A DNA stretch of 64,000 bases, from the NCBI GenBank assembly GCA_040285745.1, contig JAUFOR010000001.1, positions 1,240,001 to 1,304,000 on the forward strand, written 5' to 3'. Position numbers and translations under genes: made by a program. Of the stretch, positions 20,434-31,390 are shown in pieces. Numbering within the stretch: the stretch's first letter is position 1; each line of letters opens with the position of its first letter. The notes beneath the pieces were generated by a model that was not told the origin of the DNA, did not search any database, and worked only from the letters and a program-made list of their open reading frames with translations. Source of the DNA: Barthelona sp. PCE. Taxonomy: Eukaryota.

Positions 20434-22863
20434 ATGAATGATTCCGATGTCGAGGAGGTTCCTCTGATTGATACCCTCCCTTTACATCGACAAAAACGAC
20501 AACCTCGACGAAGGCGAAATGCTCCTTCGTTGGACACACCAATTTACACAAAGAAACCTGAAGAGGTCCCCGATGATGATGAAGATATGGACAATTTCAA
20601 GCAAACTGTAACGTTTTCAACCAATATTGAGGTTCCTGCATTGGAAGATGCACGCACTCCATCACCAAGGAATAGAACTACCCCGGAGCTCTCGTTCAAC
20701 ATCGACACAACAACGATTCCGAGAAGCGCAGCAGCAGCATTACGTTCTATTGCTATGAAAGCAAGAAAACGTTTAAGAAAATCAACGTTTGTGGATGAGG
20801 TAGATCCTAAGGATCTTTTTGGAGGCATGGCTTTCCGCCCAACATTAGATGTGAAAGATGCATCAACAGATTTTGTTTTCTTTGGATTGGATTCTCTACC
20901 ATTGAAATTTGCTATGTATACACAATATGCCATCAGATTCCATGTCATAGATAAGCGAACTTGGAGTTATTTAGAAAAAACAAACCCTGATAAAAATGTA
21001 TTGCTTAGTCATATTGAACATGAACCTTCTCATATTATTCCAGTAACGACAATGATTGTAGAAAGTAGCATTGAGAACCTGTCCAAGCCTCTCAGATTCA
21101 TGGAACATATCCGTTGTAGTGAATCTTATTCTAGTTTTTTAAATGATAATATTATAATTCTTTTTGAAGTTATAGGACCAGATCTACCTGAAGCTAGAAT
21201 ATCAGGTGCCCCGAAGGTGTTAAAGAATAAGGGATGGTCAATCTTTGCATGGGGTTTCTTTAAACCCATTGGGAAATTAGGTGAATTTCAAAGAGCTAAT
21301 ACGGAACAACCGGTGAAAATTCAAATGTATGAACCATTAAAGTATGGTGAATTTAAGCATAAAAGGCGGCGAAAGTTATTATCACGAGAAAGTCTTTCAT
21401 GTCCTGAAGAAAACAATTGTTTTGCACCTGATGTACTGAGTTGTTATGTTTCAACAAAAAGAAAACCTTTAGATTGGACTATGACTTTTAACATGCAGGG
21501 AATCACACCTAAGCAAAAGAAAGAAGTTAGATATCCAAGAATTGCTATCGAATCACATGAAGTTCAAGTTGATAGTGAACGTATAGTCACACATGCATCA
21601 TTGAGTTCTGATGCAGTGGTCCAGCTGTCGAGCATTGATAGGCAGATATGGGATCTTCTAAGTGAACGATCGATGGTAGCACGATGGTGTGGTATTAGAG
21701 ACCCAGTCGTTACAAGTGTTTTACCTGCTGCACGTATGGGTGCAAATATTGTGTCTTACAGTCCATGTGGTCGTTTTCTTGCTGTGGCATGTCTTTCTTC
21801 ATTTTCTTATAAGATATCTATATATAATGCTTTTACAAATACAATAATATGTTCAATGCCAACAACAGATATGTTACATTCTATCGAATGGCGCTGTACT
21901 CGACTCAATGACGAGTGGGATGCAACAGCAACAAGTCAGAAATCTCAACCGCCACCATCTTCAAGTCACCTATTAGTTACTTTAGCTTCAGGCACTGTTC
22001 AGCTTTTGGCTCTAGATTTCGTTAGTGAAGACCCTCAATTAGTGACTGAATTTGTTATTCAATGTCCGAGTTGGGTGCCAAGTGCAGTTTTTATTAAACC
22101 AACAACAGACGAGATCGATGGTGATGTGTATTTCGCAACATGTAGCTATGATCGCCATGTTCGCTTGTACAGATTTAAATGGAAAGATCCCAAAGCAGTG
22201 CTCTGCGTTAAAAGTTTAGTGGTGGATGAAAAGTTTGGCTCTTTACAAAGTATTGTTTTCAGTTCTAGACATAATGAATTATTTGTTGGTACTGATAACG
22301 GTAATTTAATTGTATTTTCAACAGATAATTTAAGTCTAGAACAAACTTTTGAAATTAAAGTTTCTGATGGTCCAATTACTTCAATGCATATGCAACAAAG
22401 TGAAGTACATTTATTGATTGTCTCGAGAGATGGTGTCATTAGAGCATACCAGCCAACTTATAGATTTATTGGTCAACGTTTCGCTGGTGCTCCCATTTCA
22501 CGATCTCCAATTAGGGCTACTTATTCCCCTGATGGTAAGTATGTTCTTTCCGGTGGTGAAGATGGTAGGTTACATATGTTTGATGGTGAGAATGTACTTC
22601 GAGTGAGTGCCAATTGGAGTCGTCTCTTTCATAGAGCTGTCCTTGATGTATCTTATCATCCACTTATGAATATGGTTGCAGTGTGTGCAACGGGCCCGGA
22701 AGAACCTGTTTTAATATTGGAATCTTCTAAAAAAGGCGAAAAAGAATTAGAAGCAATTTTTGTTGTTGATGATGCACCTGTTGAGATACTTGAAAAGACT
22801 GTTACTGCATTCTTTTCGAAAACACAGCGTTTAGAATCTAAATTATTTGAATATACCCAGTAA
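20434..22863 (+). CDS. AHI1: AHI1/jouberin-like ciliary transition-zone WD40 protein (no SH3 domain seen)
   Basis: IRFHVID, ILFEVI and WSIFAWGFFK..G...N...VKIQMY resemble the AHI1 N-terminal region. GANIVSYSPCGRFLAVAC, ATCSYDRHVRLY, YSPDGKYVLSGGEDG and VSYHPLMNMVA are WD40 repeats. An alternative ATG lies at 20386. Confidence 0.8.
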   Translation: MNDSDVEEVPLIDTLPLHRQKRQPRRRRNAPSLDTPIYTKKPEEVPDDDEDMDNFKQTVTFSTNIEVPALEDARTPSPRNRTTPELSFNIDTTTIPRSAAAALRSIAMKARKRLRKSTFVDEVDPKDLFGGMAFRPTLDVKDASTDFVFFGLDSLPLKFAMYTQYAIRFHVIDKRTWSYLEKTNPDKNVLLSHIEHEPSHIIPVTTMIVESSIENLSKPLRFMEHIRCSESYSSFLNDNIIILFEVIGPDLPEARISGAPKVLKNKGWSIFAWGFFKPIGKLGEFQRANTEQPVKIQMYEPLKYGEFKHKRRRKLLSRESLSCPEENNCFAPDVLSCYVSTKRKPLDWTMTFNMQGITPKQKKEVRYPRIAIESHEVQVDSERIVTHASLSSDAVVQLSSIDRQIWDLLSERSMVARWCGIRDPVVTSVLPAARMGANIVSYSPCGRFLAVACLSSFSYKISIYNAFTNTIICSMPTTDMLHSIEWRCTRLNDEWDATATSQKSQPPPSSSHLLVTLASGTVQLLALDFVSEDPQLVTEFVIQCPSWVPSAVFIKPTTDEIDGDVYFATCSYDRHVRLYRFKWKDPKAVLCVKSLVVDEKFGSLQSIVFSSRHNELFVGTDNGNLIVFSTDNLSLEQTFEIKVSDGPITSMHMQQSEVHLLIVSRDGVIRAYQPTYRFIGQRFAGAPISRSPIRATYSPDGKYVLSGGEDGRLHMFDGENVLRVSANWSRLFHRAVLDVSYHPLMNMVAVCATGPEEPVLILESSKKGEKELEAIFVVDDAPVEILEKTVTAFFSKTQRLESKLFEYTQ

Positions 22864-22904
22864 AATTAAATGTAATTGCTTAACCGTACTAACTACTTTT
22901 TCAG
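22860..22904 (+). other. Putative 45-nt spliceosomal intron spanning the AHI1 stop codon
   Basis: GTAAAA...TACTAAC-TACTTTTT-CAG: exact branch-point consensus, pyrimidine tract and CAG. The size matches the SPEF1 intron. An alternative donor GTAATT lies at 22872. Confidence 0.5.
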
Positions 22905-22932
22905 GTGTAGGGCTTTTTGCTTTTTTATACAA

Positions 22933-24909
22933 ATGGAAATTTCTGAGACCAGGGCAACAAATAACTTCAAATTTATGTCTGTTGGTGAAAATGAAAAAAA
23001 AATTCTTGTTAGCGCTATAGACGATAATATGAATACTAAATCGTTTTGTATTGTTGATAAAGATGAGAATATAGCTGTATGTGGCCCCAGAAGTCATAAT
23101 ATCTCATTATTACAACGTTTGTTTTCATTCCTTCGATACACACTTTGTGGGAGATTAACACCAACCTTAATTGAGCCTAATGTTTTTTTTCGCACCTCTT
23201 ACAGGAATTCCACAACGATGATGGAGATATTTGAGTTCAAAAAAGGTGAATTCTTATTTCTTTTTCAATTTAACTTACCTTTCCGTTTTAGAGGATATAT
23301 GTTGAACCGAAAGTTCATGATAAAGACTGAAAAACTCAATAATCAGTGCAGGATTGAGATTTTTAATGTTGAAAATTTTCTGATTTGTAGTTGTACTTTT
23401 GACTGTGAAAAAACTTTGAGATTCATTCCTCAAAATAATATTGTTTGCGCAGTTAGTAACGATACACATAGTTTCAAGATCAATGCCGTTATATCATTTG
23501 AGGAAGAAATACCAGTTTTTGATGATAATCATCCTCTCAAAGGTGTAGATGATATATGTGTTTTGGACATTACACTGGGCGCAAACAAATTCATTTATCG
23601 AATTAATAATGAGCTGTTTAAGTATCCAATTGATCATACTAATACAATAATAAGTACCCCTTTTGATTCCCCTTTTCCCAATATAATGGATGGTTCAGAG
23701 ATCATACGTGTTTTTGATGCTGTTAGAATGAATAATTATAGCTATAATAGATATGCGAATGGATTTTTAAAAGAATGGAGCAATTTTACTTTACTTGATA
23801 ATGAAATATACACAACTGAATATGATCATCAGTCTGGAATCACTAATTTCTATAAGATGCACAGATTGGATGTTATGTATATGTTTACCATTAGTTCCAA
23901 AACTGTTCAGATTTCCCAAACTCAATACTTTAATTCTTTATTCCGTTTTCCTATCATTTTAGATTTATTTAATAATTCTGTTACGTTACTTCATCCATCA
24001 AGTGCTTTTGAAAATCAAGTTTTGCGGAAAATTTCGACGTTTTATGATTGTAATGATGGGAAATGGAAGAATGCTTTTTTCATAGATGAAGATAATTATT
24101 GTAAGTTTTACATTAATAATTCTTATTCGAACAGCTTTTTAAGGCCTAATGAGATGACAAGTTATGATCCTTTGTTCAATAATAATCATTTTGCATCTGT
24201 ACATACCAATGGTAAAGAGCACCATATCTATTGTAATAATCAGTATGTTGAAGGGACCGATTTTCATCATATAAAGCTTGTTAACAATATAATTTGGAGT
24301 GTTATAGGTGAAGATAACCTTACAACACATGTTTTAGACCAAGAATCAGGACGAATAGTTGCTTCAAACACTTATGTTCTCAATGGTGTTGTTAATACAT
24401 TAGTTGTTAATCCATATTACCAACAGGAGTGTTTCATCCAATACAACACTGATAAAAATTTTCATAATAATTTATTTTCCACAAAAGATACAATTTTTTG
24501 CGTTATTGTGTGTCTGAATGAGGATTTATACAGTTTTATTGAAGTTGATTATGTAGAAGGTGCGAAAGCATGCTTTATTGATCAAGGTTTACTAGTTTAT
24601 GGTGAAAAAATTTATCGTTTTGATGATAACCAGATCAAGAATATTTGGAATTGTAATATACAAGGAGAATTATATTCACCAAGACCTGGAATTGCAGTTG
24701 GACTCACTGATTTGAAAGATTTCAATGTTGAGATGTGTGTTACAAGGTTTAATGATGGAAATCTCAATGAAACATTTGAAATTGTGAATGTTTTAGATTT
24801 TCTTTCCAAATGTGAATATCATGTGTTTTTTCCTCGTTTGGAAGTTTTAATAGGCTTTGTTAAGTCAGATGAAAATAAATTTGAAGATGAACTTACTGTG
24901 CAGGTTTGA
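22933..24909 (+). CDS. Orphan beta-rich (propeller-like) family protein, ~658 aa
   Basis: First ATG at 22933. Clear paralogy with 15367..17192, e.g. NFTLLDNEIYTTEYD..SGITNFYKMHRLDV..MF...FPIILDLFNNSVTLL versus NFLMLNDEVFCTEYD..TGCSTFFKLYRNDV..MF...FPITLDLFSNSITLL. Confidence 0.85.
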   Translation: MEISETRATNNFKFMSVGENEKKILVSAIDDNMNTKSFCIVDKDENIAVCGPRSHNISLLQRLFSFLRYTLCGRLTPTLIEPNVFFRTSYRNSTTMMEIFEFKKGEFLFLFQFNLPFRFRGYMLNRKFMIKTEKLNNQCRIEIFNVENFLICSCTFDCEKTLRFIPQNNIVCAVSNDTHSFKINAVISFEEEIPVFDDNHPLKGVDDICVLDITLGANKFIYRINNELFKYPIDHTNTIISTPFDSPFPNIMDGSEIIRVFDAVRMNNYSYNRYANGFLKEWSNFTLLDNEIYTTEYDHQSGITNFYKMHRLDVMYMFTISSKTVQISQTQYFNSLFRFPIILDLFNNSVTLLHPSSAFENQVLRKISTFYDCNDGKWKNAFFIDEDNYCKFYINNSYSNSFLRPNEMTSYDPLFNNNHFASVHTNGKEHHIYCNNQYVEGTDFHHIKLVNNIIWSVIGEDNLTTHVLDQESGRIVASNTYVLNGVVNTLVVNPYYQQECFIQYNTDKNFHNNLFSTKDTIFCVIVCLNEDLYSFIEVDYVEGAKACFIDQGLLVYGEKIYRFDDNQIKNIWNCNIQGELYSPRPGIAVGLTDLKDFNVEMCVTRFNDGNLNETFEIVNVLDFLSKCEYHVFFPRLEVLIGFVKSDENKFEDELTVQV

Positions 24910-25154
24910 CACCTTTAACTTTGAACACATATACATGCGCTGGATGAATATTAAAGCCACGTTACTTTGCCATTGAAAATAAATTAGACCCCTGTGCGCA
25001 TTCCTCTAAGTGAAAAAAGATTAACCACCATACTTCATCGATTACGAACATCACAATATGCTCATATGTTTTAAAAGCGCCAATGTCTGCCAGTAAGCAA
25101 AAAGCTAAGCTATACAACCATAGTTTCGCTTTGTTGTTTCTCACCTCTTTTTCA

Positions 25155-27374
25155 ATGCCAATTCGAGCATTTCATAGTTGGGCAATTGACAACCGTCCCG
25201 GCACCACGTTATCTGCCAAATTATTCTCTCTATTTCAACAAGAGTTTACAAACAAGATCATTTATTCATCAGGAAGCACGGCATCAAAAGATGTTCATCA
25301 TATGTGCTGCCACGTTGTCGGTACACCTCAGACCCAAAATTGTCTTGATAGTGATGCGAGCTTTAAAAACATAACTAGTTTTGTGAATGAAGATTGTTTA
25401 TCAGTACATGCTGCTGATGTTGATGAATTGATGTTGTTCTTCGAGGACAACGACTTCACCTCAACAGAATCAGATATTATATCGGGATTGATACTTTCAC
25501 TTTATCAAATAGGTTTTGATATAGAAGATGAAGAGAACAAAATTACGAGTAGAAAAAGACCAAATTACTTACAATCAGCAGTCCTACTCATGGATGGTAC
25601 ACAACCTTTACAACAAGCTCTTTCAGAAGAAGAAATCGAATATATTTCAGAGTTAAGTTTTAAATCTGTGGAAACTTTTGGTAAAGAACGAAAATGTATG
25701 AAAAATCATACTGTTTTCTTGGTCTATGACTCTGATACACATACAGAAAAAGATTGTGAGGAAGCTTTTGGACAATTGGACATGCTCAATGAGAAAAGTA
25801 ATTTTGTTGTTGAAATTAGGTCTTTAAATGAATTGAATAACATATTGCTTTCCCTACCAGACGCACCGCCTATTTCACGTCCTACAAGAATGTCTTTATT
25901 TATTGATGAAATAGAAATATCATTTATGATGGCAAAATGTTTGGAAGCCAACAAACCAAAATATCTTCCTAGCAAACGCCTGGCTGTTAAAGGTGAGGAT
26001 CGCACACAATTGCTGAGTGGTGAGACGCCCTCTGTTAAAGCTATTGCTACTTATGTACGTGAAGAAAACATCAATATTGAAGTTAACCCAGAAGATCGAG
26101 TCGGATGGAACAAATTTGGCCCCGATTTAGTTCGATTAACAGCAGCTGACCTTACGGAGGCCAAGCTTGAATCTATGAACGATTGTAGACAGCTGCGTTA
26201 TGTATGTGCTGTTGAAATCAATGATCTTATCCGCTCCTTTTACGCTGAAGAGGGGAAGGTCTACTGGCCTGAGCTTTCTGATGACTCACGAGTTCAAGCC
26301 CTGGTCCAGGCACTTGTTGAAAAGAACCAAGGTTTGATCATTCGTTCAGTGTGGGCACGTGGTTATGATCCATCTTTGCAGCTTTGGCGCCCTGTACGTG
26401 AGTGGGACGGTGAAAGCATGAGCTATTACTTTGTGGCACACAAGCTACCCTATGCACAGGAGTTTAAATTGCCCCCGCAAACCTCCATAGAGGCGATCCC
26501 AGTTGACGAATCAGGCTCCACTGAGGGTCTTTCTGGCACAGTAGAGAACGCCCAGGCAAAGATTAACGAATGTAGTCAGTTGTGGTGCGATATAATTGAT
26601 AATTCTATGCTTGATGAGGAAGAAATCACGCCTGATACTATGCAGGATGGTGCTAGAATCCGTATGCGTGACTTTTTGAGTGCTAGATTACTCGATCCTG
26701 ACTGTGATCTTCCAGACTTCCATTACGGTGCAGTACAAGCAGCTCGTGATATCACAGAACGTTTTGAATCAACAGACAGTAATATTACACGTATTGCAAA
26801 CAAGCTTCCAACAAAGAACGTCGTTAAAGACAAGAATAATACGTCTGTATTCAAACAAGAATTATTACGAATGGAAGACACTGTTAAGGAAGAAGAAATT
26901 GGTTCTCAACAAACATCTACCATTTCGATAGATCAGGGAACACCGGTTGAGATGATTACTCAACTTAAACGTATCGCTGCCTTGGGAATGCCTGAACACA
27001 CAATCATGGGTATGAGTAGCTTTAAGCAACATGTATGTGATCGTATCGAGAATCTTAACCTGGGTGATGATGTTGATGTTCCTGTGGCAATGATAGAAAC
27101 ATTACATGATGTTACATCAACATATGAGAATGAAGAAGTCAAGAATTCATTTAATGAATCACTCGCTGAGCTTGTTTCTAACTCACAGCATCTACCGGCA
27201 TTGCTTAATAAGCTTAGTCAAAAGAATATTAATCCATTCAGTACTGCAATTTGGAGCAATGATCGTATTGAATCAATGAAAGCAACTTTGAATACTCAAA
27301 CACAATCTCTGGCACCTCAGCCGGTAATGGCACCGATATATGATGATTCGGATGATGATGATGATGATATTTAA
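25155..27374 (+). CDS. XRCC5: Ku80-like DNA end-binding protein (divergent)
   Basis: vWA-like N-terminus (D..SGLILSL, VLLMDG). Ku core motifs KFGPDLV, ALVQALVEKNQGLIIRSVW.RGYDP and KLPYAQE. Helical C-terminal domain and an acidic DDDDDDI end like Ku80. Start re-set to the ATG at 25155. Confidence 0.75.
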   Translation: MPIRAFHSWAIDNRPGTTLSAKLFSLFQQEFTNKIIYSSGSTASKDVHHMCCHVVGTPQTQNCLDSDASFKNITSFVNEDCLSVHAADVDELMLFFEDNDFTSTESDIISGLILSLYQIGFDIEDEENKITSRKRPNYLQSAVLLMDGTQPLQQALSEEEIEYISELSFKSVETFGKERKCMKNHTVFLVYDSDTHTEKDCEEAFGQLDMLNEKSNFVVEIRSLNELNNILLSLPDAPPISRPTRMSLFIDEIEISFMMAKCLEANKPKYLPSKRLAVKGEDRTQLLSGETPSVKAIATYVREENINIEVNPEDRVGWNKFGPDLVRLTAADLTEAKLESMNDCRQLRYVCAVEINDLIRSFYAEEGKVYWPELSDDSRVQALVQALVEKNQGLIIRSVWARGYDPSLQLWRPVREWDGESMSYYFVAHKLPYAQEFKLPPQTSIEAIPVDESGSTEGLSGTVENAQAKINECSQLWCDIIDNSMLDEEEITPDTMQDGARIRMRDFLSARLLDPDCDLPDFHYGAVQAARDITERFESTDSNITRIANKLPTKNVVKDKNNTSVFKQELLRMEDTVKEEEIGSQQTSTISIDQGTPVEMITQLKRIAALGMPEHTIMGMSSFKQHVCDRIENLNLGDDVDVPVAMIETLHDVTSTYENEEVKNSFNESLAELVSNSQHLPALLNKLSQKNINPFSTAIWSNDRIESMKATLNTQTQSLAPQPVMAPIYDDSDDDDDDI

Positions 27375-27420
27375 TGATTGAAATAAAAATTTGTTTAATT
27401 TTATTTGCATAACCTTTTTC

Positions 27421-29445
27421 ATGCCGTATATTAGTTCTACCACGGTGAATGAGCAGCAATGCACTGAGGATTCAGTTTATTATAATGGGCGGAGACTTAA
27501 TTTTTCGAAAAATTTTGGAGGAAGTTTTTACTTCGAGTCAAATGCTGAAAATCCACGCCAAACGTGCAAAATTTCCAGCTCATATGCAAAAGCACTGTCA
27601 GATCAGACGTATAATCCACATCTTGTCGATCCACTCTTTACTCCTGTGGTATTCAACCCTTTCAGCTTTTTCATGTTTGAATTAGAGGATAATATGAAAT
27701 TTTGGTTCTTTAATCGTATGAATTTATCTAAATTTGTTGAATGTAGACAGTATAATATACCTGAAATATATAAAAATCCTATCCATATTGTTGCACTTTC
27801 AAATCAATCATTTCTTTTTGTCACTCTTTGTGAACCTATTACGCATATTTATTTTGAAACAGAAGATTCCGAACCAATCATTCAAACTTTAGTTATTGAT
27901 GCAAATTTAATTTGTTTTGTAGGTTGTCATACAATTAATAACTGCTCTGCGTACAATATCGAACTAAATGACAACCAAATAACGGCTAATGCTGTTGAAC
28001 TTCCCTGTAATATTTTGGATGATACTGTTTTGCAAAGTTTGAATAATACAGAAGCTGCTATAGCTATTTGTTGTTCTGATATTGGAATCAGTCAATTTAC
28101 ATTAATAGCTGAGGTTAACGGAGCTCTTGAATCTTATGATTTGCTGGAGATGATTGAAGAAAATGGAAATTTCTTTCCATATTATAATTGTGATAAATCT
28201 GTTTTTAAATCATTAATATATTTTAATGCAAAAGATGGTGATTTTATATTTTCTGTTTTACTTAAGGGAAATACATACATTTTTTCAAATATGAATTCTC
28301 AAACAGTTTTTTATTCTCTAAATACACGTAATCTGATCATGGGTAACTATTCATGCTTCTCTGAGACATTTGACTGTCGAGAAATGTTCTTTTATAGTAT
28401 TAATAATACAATTTTCTACAGAACCTCTCATTTGGAATGGTTTTGTTCGGATTTTCTATATTGTTCACATTTAAACCGGTGTGGTGTAGCAACTGAGAAC
28501 TCTTTATTCTATTTAAACCAAGATTATGTGTTTCAATTTGATATTATTGATGGTACTTTGATTTTTCAGAAAATGGATGCACCTTTTTCTGAGTTAAAGT
28601 TTATAGGCAATGATTTTGTGAATTTGGCGATTAAAGAGTATGCTCACACCACAATTCAATCTTATGGAGCATTATGTAACGCAGATCTTTCATATCAACA
28701 TTTTTCGTTAAAGCACTCTAACCACGTACGTTTAGTAGGATTTATTGATGAATCACATATTGTATGTATTGTACTCTATAAAACGCCTGAAATTCTTCTT
28801 GTTAATTTGGATTCAAAAGTTGTTACATTTTTAGAAAATTTTTCTTCCAGCGAATGGAGTGGAGAATTTTATTTGCAAAAATATCTTGAAAATTACTATA
28901 TGATCACAACACCATTGAAACGTATAGTATTTCAATACCAATCGAATAACTTAACTAAGAAGTATGTTGCCCCAAAGCAAGCTAATCAGTTTATCAATCA
29001 TATGGATGTCACCATGTCAGTTCGCAAGACGGGTCCTTCTGAGTATGTGGTGGAGAAAGATGATAATACTGTTAAATTATGTAACGGAGATTTTCTATGT
29101 TTTATTGCTACTAATGCTTGTTTAACAACAAATTCTCTTGTTTATATCAGAGAAGATGCCAGAAATGAGGATATTCTTACTTTTTCTGATATGAAGAAAC
29201 TATGCAAGCCATATGAAGTGGAAGGCAACAGGAATTATTGTTTTTGTGATGGTATTCTTACAATACATAGTTATGATAGGGGAACCATCGTAACAACAAC
29301 GTTTCATATGACAGGGGCCTTCATAACCACCCACTACCAACAAGTACACAAGCTTAAAAACTTTTTTTCTACAGCAAATTACAGAAGATGTTCTGCTAAT
29401 GAATTTAATACTTTAGATCTTGACGTTTTATTCACAGTCGTGTAG
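27421..29445 (+). CDS. Orphan beta-rich protein, ~674 aa (probable distant member of the same expanded family)
   Basis: Long ORF from ATG 27421. Similar size, F/N/C-rich composition, LCFIATNACL motif and C-terminal LKNFFSTA. Confidence 0.75.
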   Translation: MPYISSTTVNEQQCTEDSVYYNGRRLNFSKNFGGSFYFESNAENPRQTCKISSSYAKALSDQTYNPHLVDPLFTPVVFNPFSFFMFELEDNMKFWFFNRMNLSKFVECRQYNIPEIYKNPIHIVALSNQSFLFVTLCEPITHIYFETEDSEPIIQTLVIDANLICFVGCHTINNCSAYNIELNDNQITANAVELPCNILDDTVLQSLNNTEAAIAICCSDIGISQFTLIAEVNGALESYDLLEMIEENGNFFPYYNCDKSVFKSLIYFNAKDGDFIFSVLLKGNTYIFSNMNSQTVFYSLNTRNLIMGNYSCFSETFDCREMFFYSINNTIFYRTSHLEWFCSDFLYCSHLNRCGVATENSLFYLNQDYVFQFDIIDGTLIFQKMDAPFSELKFIGNDFVNLAIKEYAHTTIQSYGALCNADLSYQHFSLKHSNHVRLVGFIDESHIVCIVLYKTPEILLVNLDSKVVTFLENFSSSEWSGEFYLQKYLENYYMITTPLKRIVFQYQSNNLTKKYVAPKQANQFINHMDVTMSVRKTGPSEYVVEKDDNTVKLCNGDFLCFIATNACLTTNSLVYIREDARNEDILTFSDMKKLCKPYEVEGNRNYCFCDGILTIHSYDRGTIVTTTFHMTGAFITTHYQQVHKLKNFFSTANYRRCSANEFNTLDLDVLFTVV

Positions 29446-31390
29446 GCGGTTTTTGAGAATTTTTAGAACCAGCTGGAATAAAAAATCTTTTTTTTATCTT
29501 AACTGGTTGAGTTGTAATTAAACTTCGAGGTAACATATGTTCCCCTATTGGTGGCAGTTCAATATTATTGTCTTCTAATTCAGAGGTATGTCCTACAATG
29601 TCTAAATTACATCGTAACTTAACTAATAATAAGATAGCGTAACCAAGACAACGATGTGGGTTTTTCTCACCAAATTGAATTAAATATTCATAAAATGGTG
29701 TAAGCTCATCTGAACGAAAGGCATGAACGAGCTCTATAGGCCTCTCTTTGACAAGCACACTTTTGAATGGGAGTACATAACCTGTCCTACCAAATAGAAA
29801 AAATTCCCAATCTATCATGTCTTTTCTTCGACGCAGCAAAACTGATTTCTCACACATTCTCAAAAACGGAGGCGCACTGGCTCTGTGTGTATGTTTGGGT
29901 TGGATTACTAAATCTAACAGTACACAAAGTGCATCACAAAGTTTGAACATTGTGGTTGGTTGTGTTATTTCTATATATCTCTTCAACATGAACTCAATAA
30001 TGGCGTTTTTCATGTTAAGGTTACCTGCAATAAGCAGGCTCATATGCACAATTTCAACAGCAATATCAATATTGACATGTTCGTTGCTGCATAATTGTGT
30101 AACAGCACGAAATACATTCGAGTCAAAGAAAAAAGGACCACAGCATTCCATCCAGCATGCAGTTAGCATTGTGTGCATGCATATGGAACACGTTCTGATT
30201 AATGTGATGTACTCTCTTGTGCTCTCAAGAAAACATGTCTTCAAACGTGCATGAATAGCAACTGCAAAACAACTAAGGCTTGGAAAAATTGACCACGGGC
30301 GTGCAAAATGACGCCAATCAGTAAATACAGCGGATAAAAGTCGAATAACCGGCTCAAGAACTTGAAACCTGATATCTTCCATATGCAAAGCTCCAATTAT
30401 AAGGCCAATACCGTGTTCCAGTGTCGGCATCGGTAATATATGCTCAGAAGCAGCAAGATGAAGAGCTGCCCTTGTAAATCTTCTGATCAAAGATACTGAT
30501 GACGAATATCTCGTGAAAACATCACCAAAAAGAGAAGTTAACGACATCTTCGACCACCTATTATATATTTCAAACGGAAGAAGTGTGATTATATGCGCTA
30601 CTAAACTCAGAATAACAACACAATCAAACTCAATTCCGTCAAACATTAGATCCTCTAGGGCAGAGATGAAGGGAATATCAGTAGCGAATTTGTTCAACAG
30701 GGCGATCTCCTTTGCGAGGATTAGCATCGCACGGATTAACCTATTATCTTTTTTATCACAAACATGGGATAAAATGAAATGATGAAAGAAATGAATGACA
30801 GAATTGTACTTTTCTTGATTAAAAATAACTTGTCCAAGTCGCAACAGGAGCGTAGCAAGAGAATTATCGCTCAAAAACCTGTTACAATTGGTTAACTGAT
30901 CGAAAATTACTTTTTGATTTTGAATATCTCCAAATTCATTAACAAACCTTAGAAAAGCAAGCAAGGTGTTGGTGTGAACGTTCTCCATGGCAGGACCAGC
31001 TGCGTTAAAAAATTGAGACATTAAACTATCACGAAGTGAACCCCAAATAAATTTTTTCCAATCGTCCAGCTCAAATTTTGATATCTGAACTATATCATCA
31101 GAATCAGTTGGAACTGTCAGGTCTTGGCGATACAGAGCATACATACATAGGTCTAAAAGTTCACTAAGAAGCTCTAAAGAACACTCAGTATTAGATAATG
31201 TTATTGTACTCACTATTTCCTTCAAAAAATCTGGGGAAAGTGCCGATACACCAAAATCTGCGGTCCCTACATAATTACAAAGACGGTCAAAGTTAACAAA
31301 GCCCATAATTTTTTGTATACTCTTCTTGATGTTCGGAGAGTGAAATTCAAACGGGTTGTGGACCACACCATCGATTTCAACAGGCCCCAT
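29432..31390 (-). CDS. Hypothetical helical-repeat (ARM/HEAT-like) protein
   Basis: ~650-aa Leu-rich ORF with first ATG at 31390. Its 3' end overlaps the convergent gene by 14 bp. Confidence 0.7.
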   Translation of the reverse strand: MGPVEIDGVVHNPFEFHSPNIKKSIQKIMGFVNFDRLCNYVGTADFGVSALSPDFLKEIVSTITLSNTECSLELLSELLDLCMYALYRQDLTVPTDSDDIVQISKFELDDWKKFIWGSLRDSLMSQFFNAAGPAMENVHTNTLLAFLRFVNEFGDIQNQKVIFDQLTNCNRFLSDNSLATLLLRLGQVIFNQEKYNSVIHFFHHFILSHVCDKKDNRLIRAMLILAKEIALLNKFATDIPFISALEDLMFDGIEFDCVVILSLVAHIITLLPFEIYNRWSKMSLTSLFGDVFTRYSSSVSLIRRFTRAALHLAASEHILPMPTLEHGIGLIIGALHMEDIRFQVLEPVIRLLSAVFTDWRHFARPWSIFPSLSCFAVAIHARLKTCFLESTREYITLIRTCSICMHTMLTACWMECCGPFFFDSNVFRAVTQLCSNEHVNIDIAVEIVHMSLLIAGNLNMKNAIIEFMLKRYIEITQPTTMFKLCDALCVLLDLVIQPKHTHRASAPPFLRMCEKSVLLRRRKDMIDWEFFLFGRTGYVLPFKSVLVKERPIELVHAFRSDELTPFYEYLIQFGEKNPHRCLGYAILLLVKLRCNLDIVGHTSELEDNNIELPPIGEHMLPRSLITTQPVKIKKRFFIPAGSKNSQKPPTRL

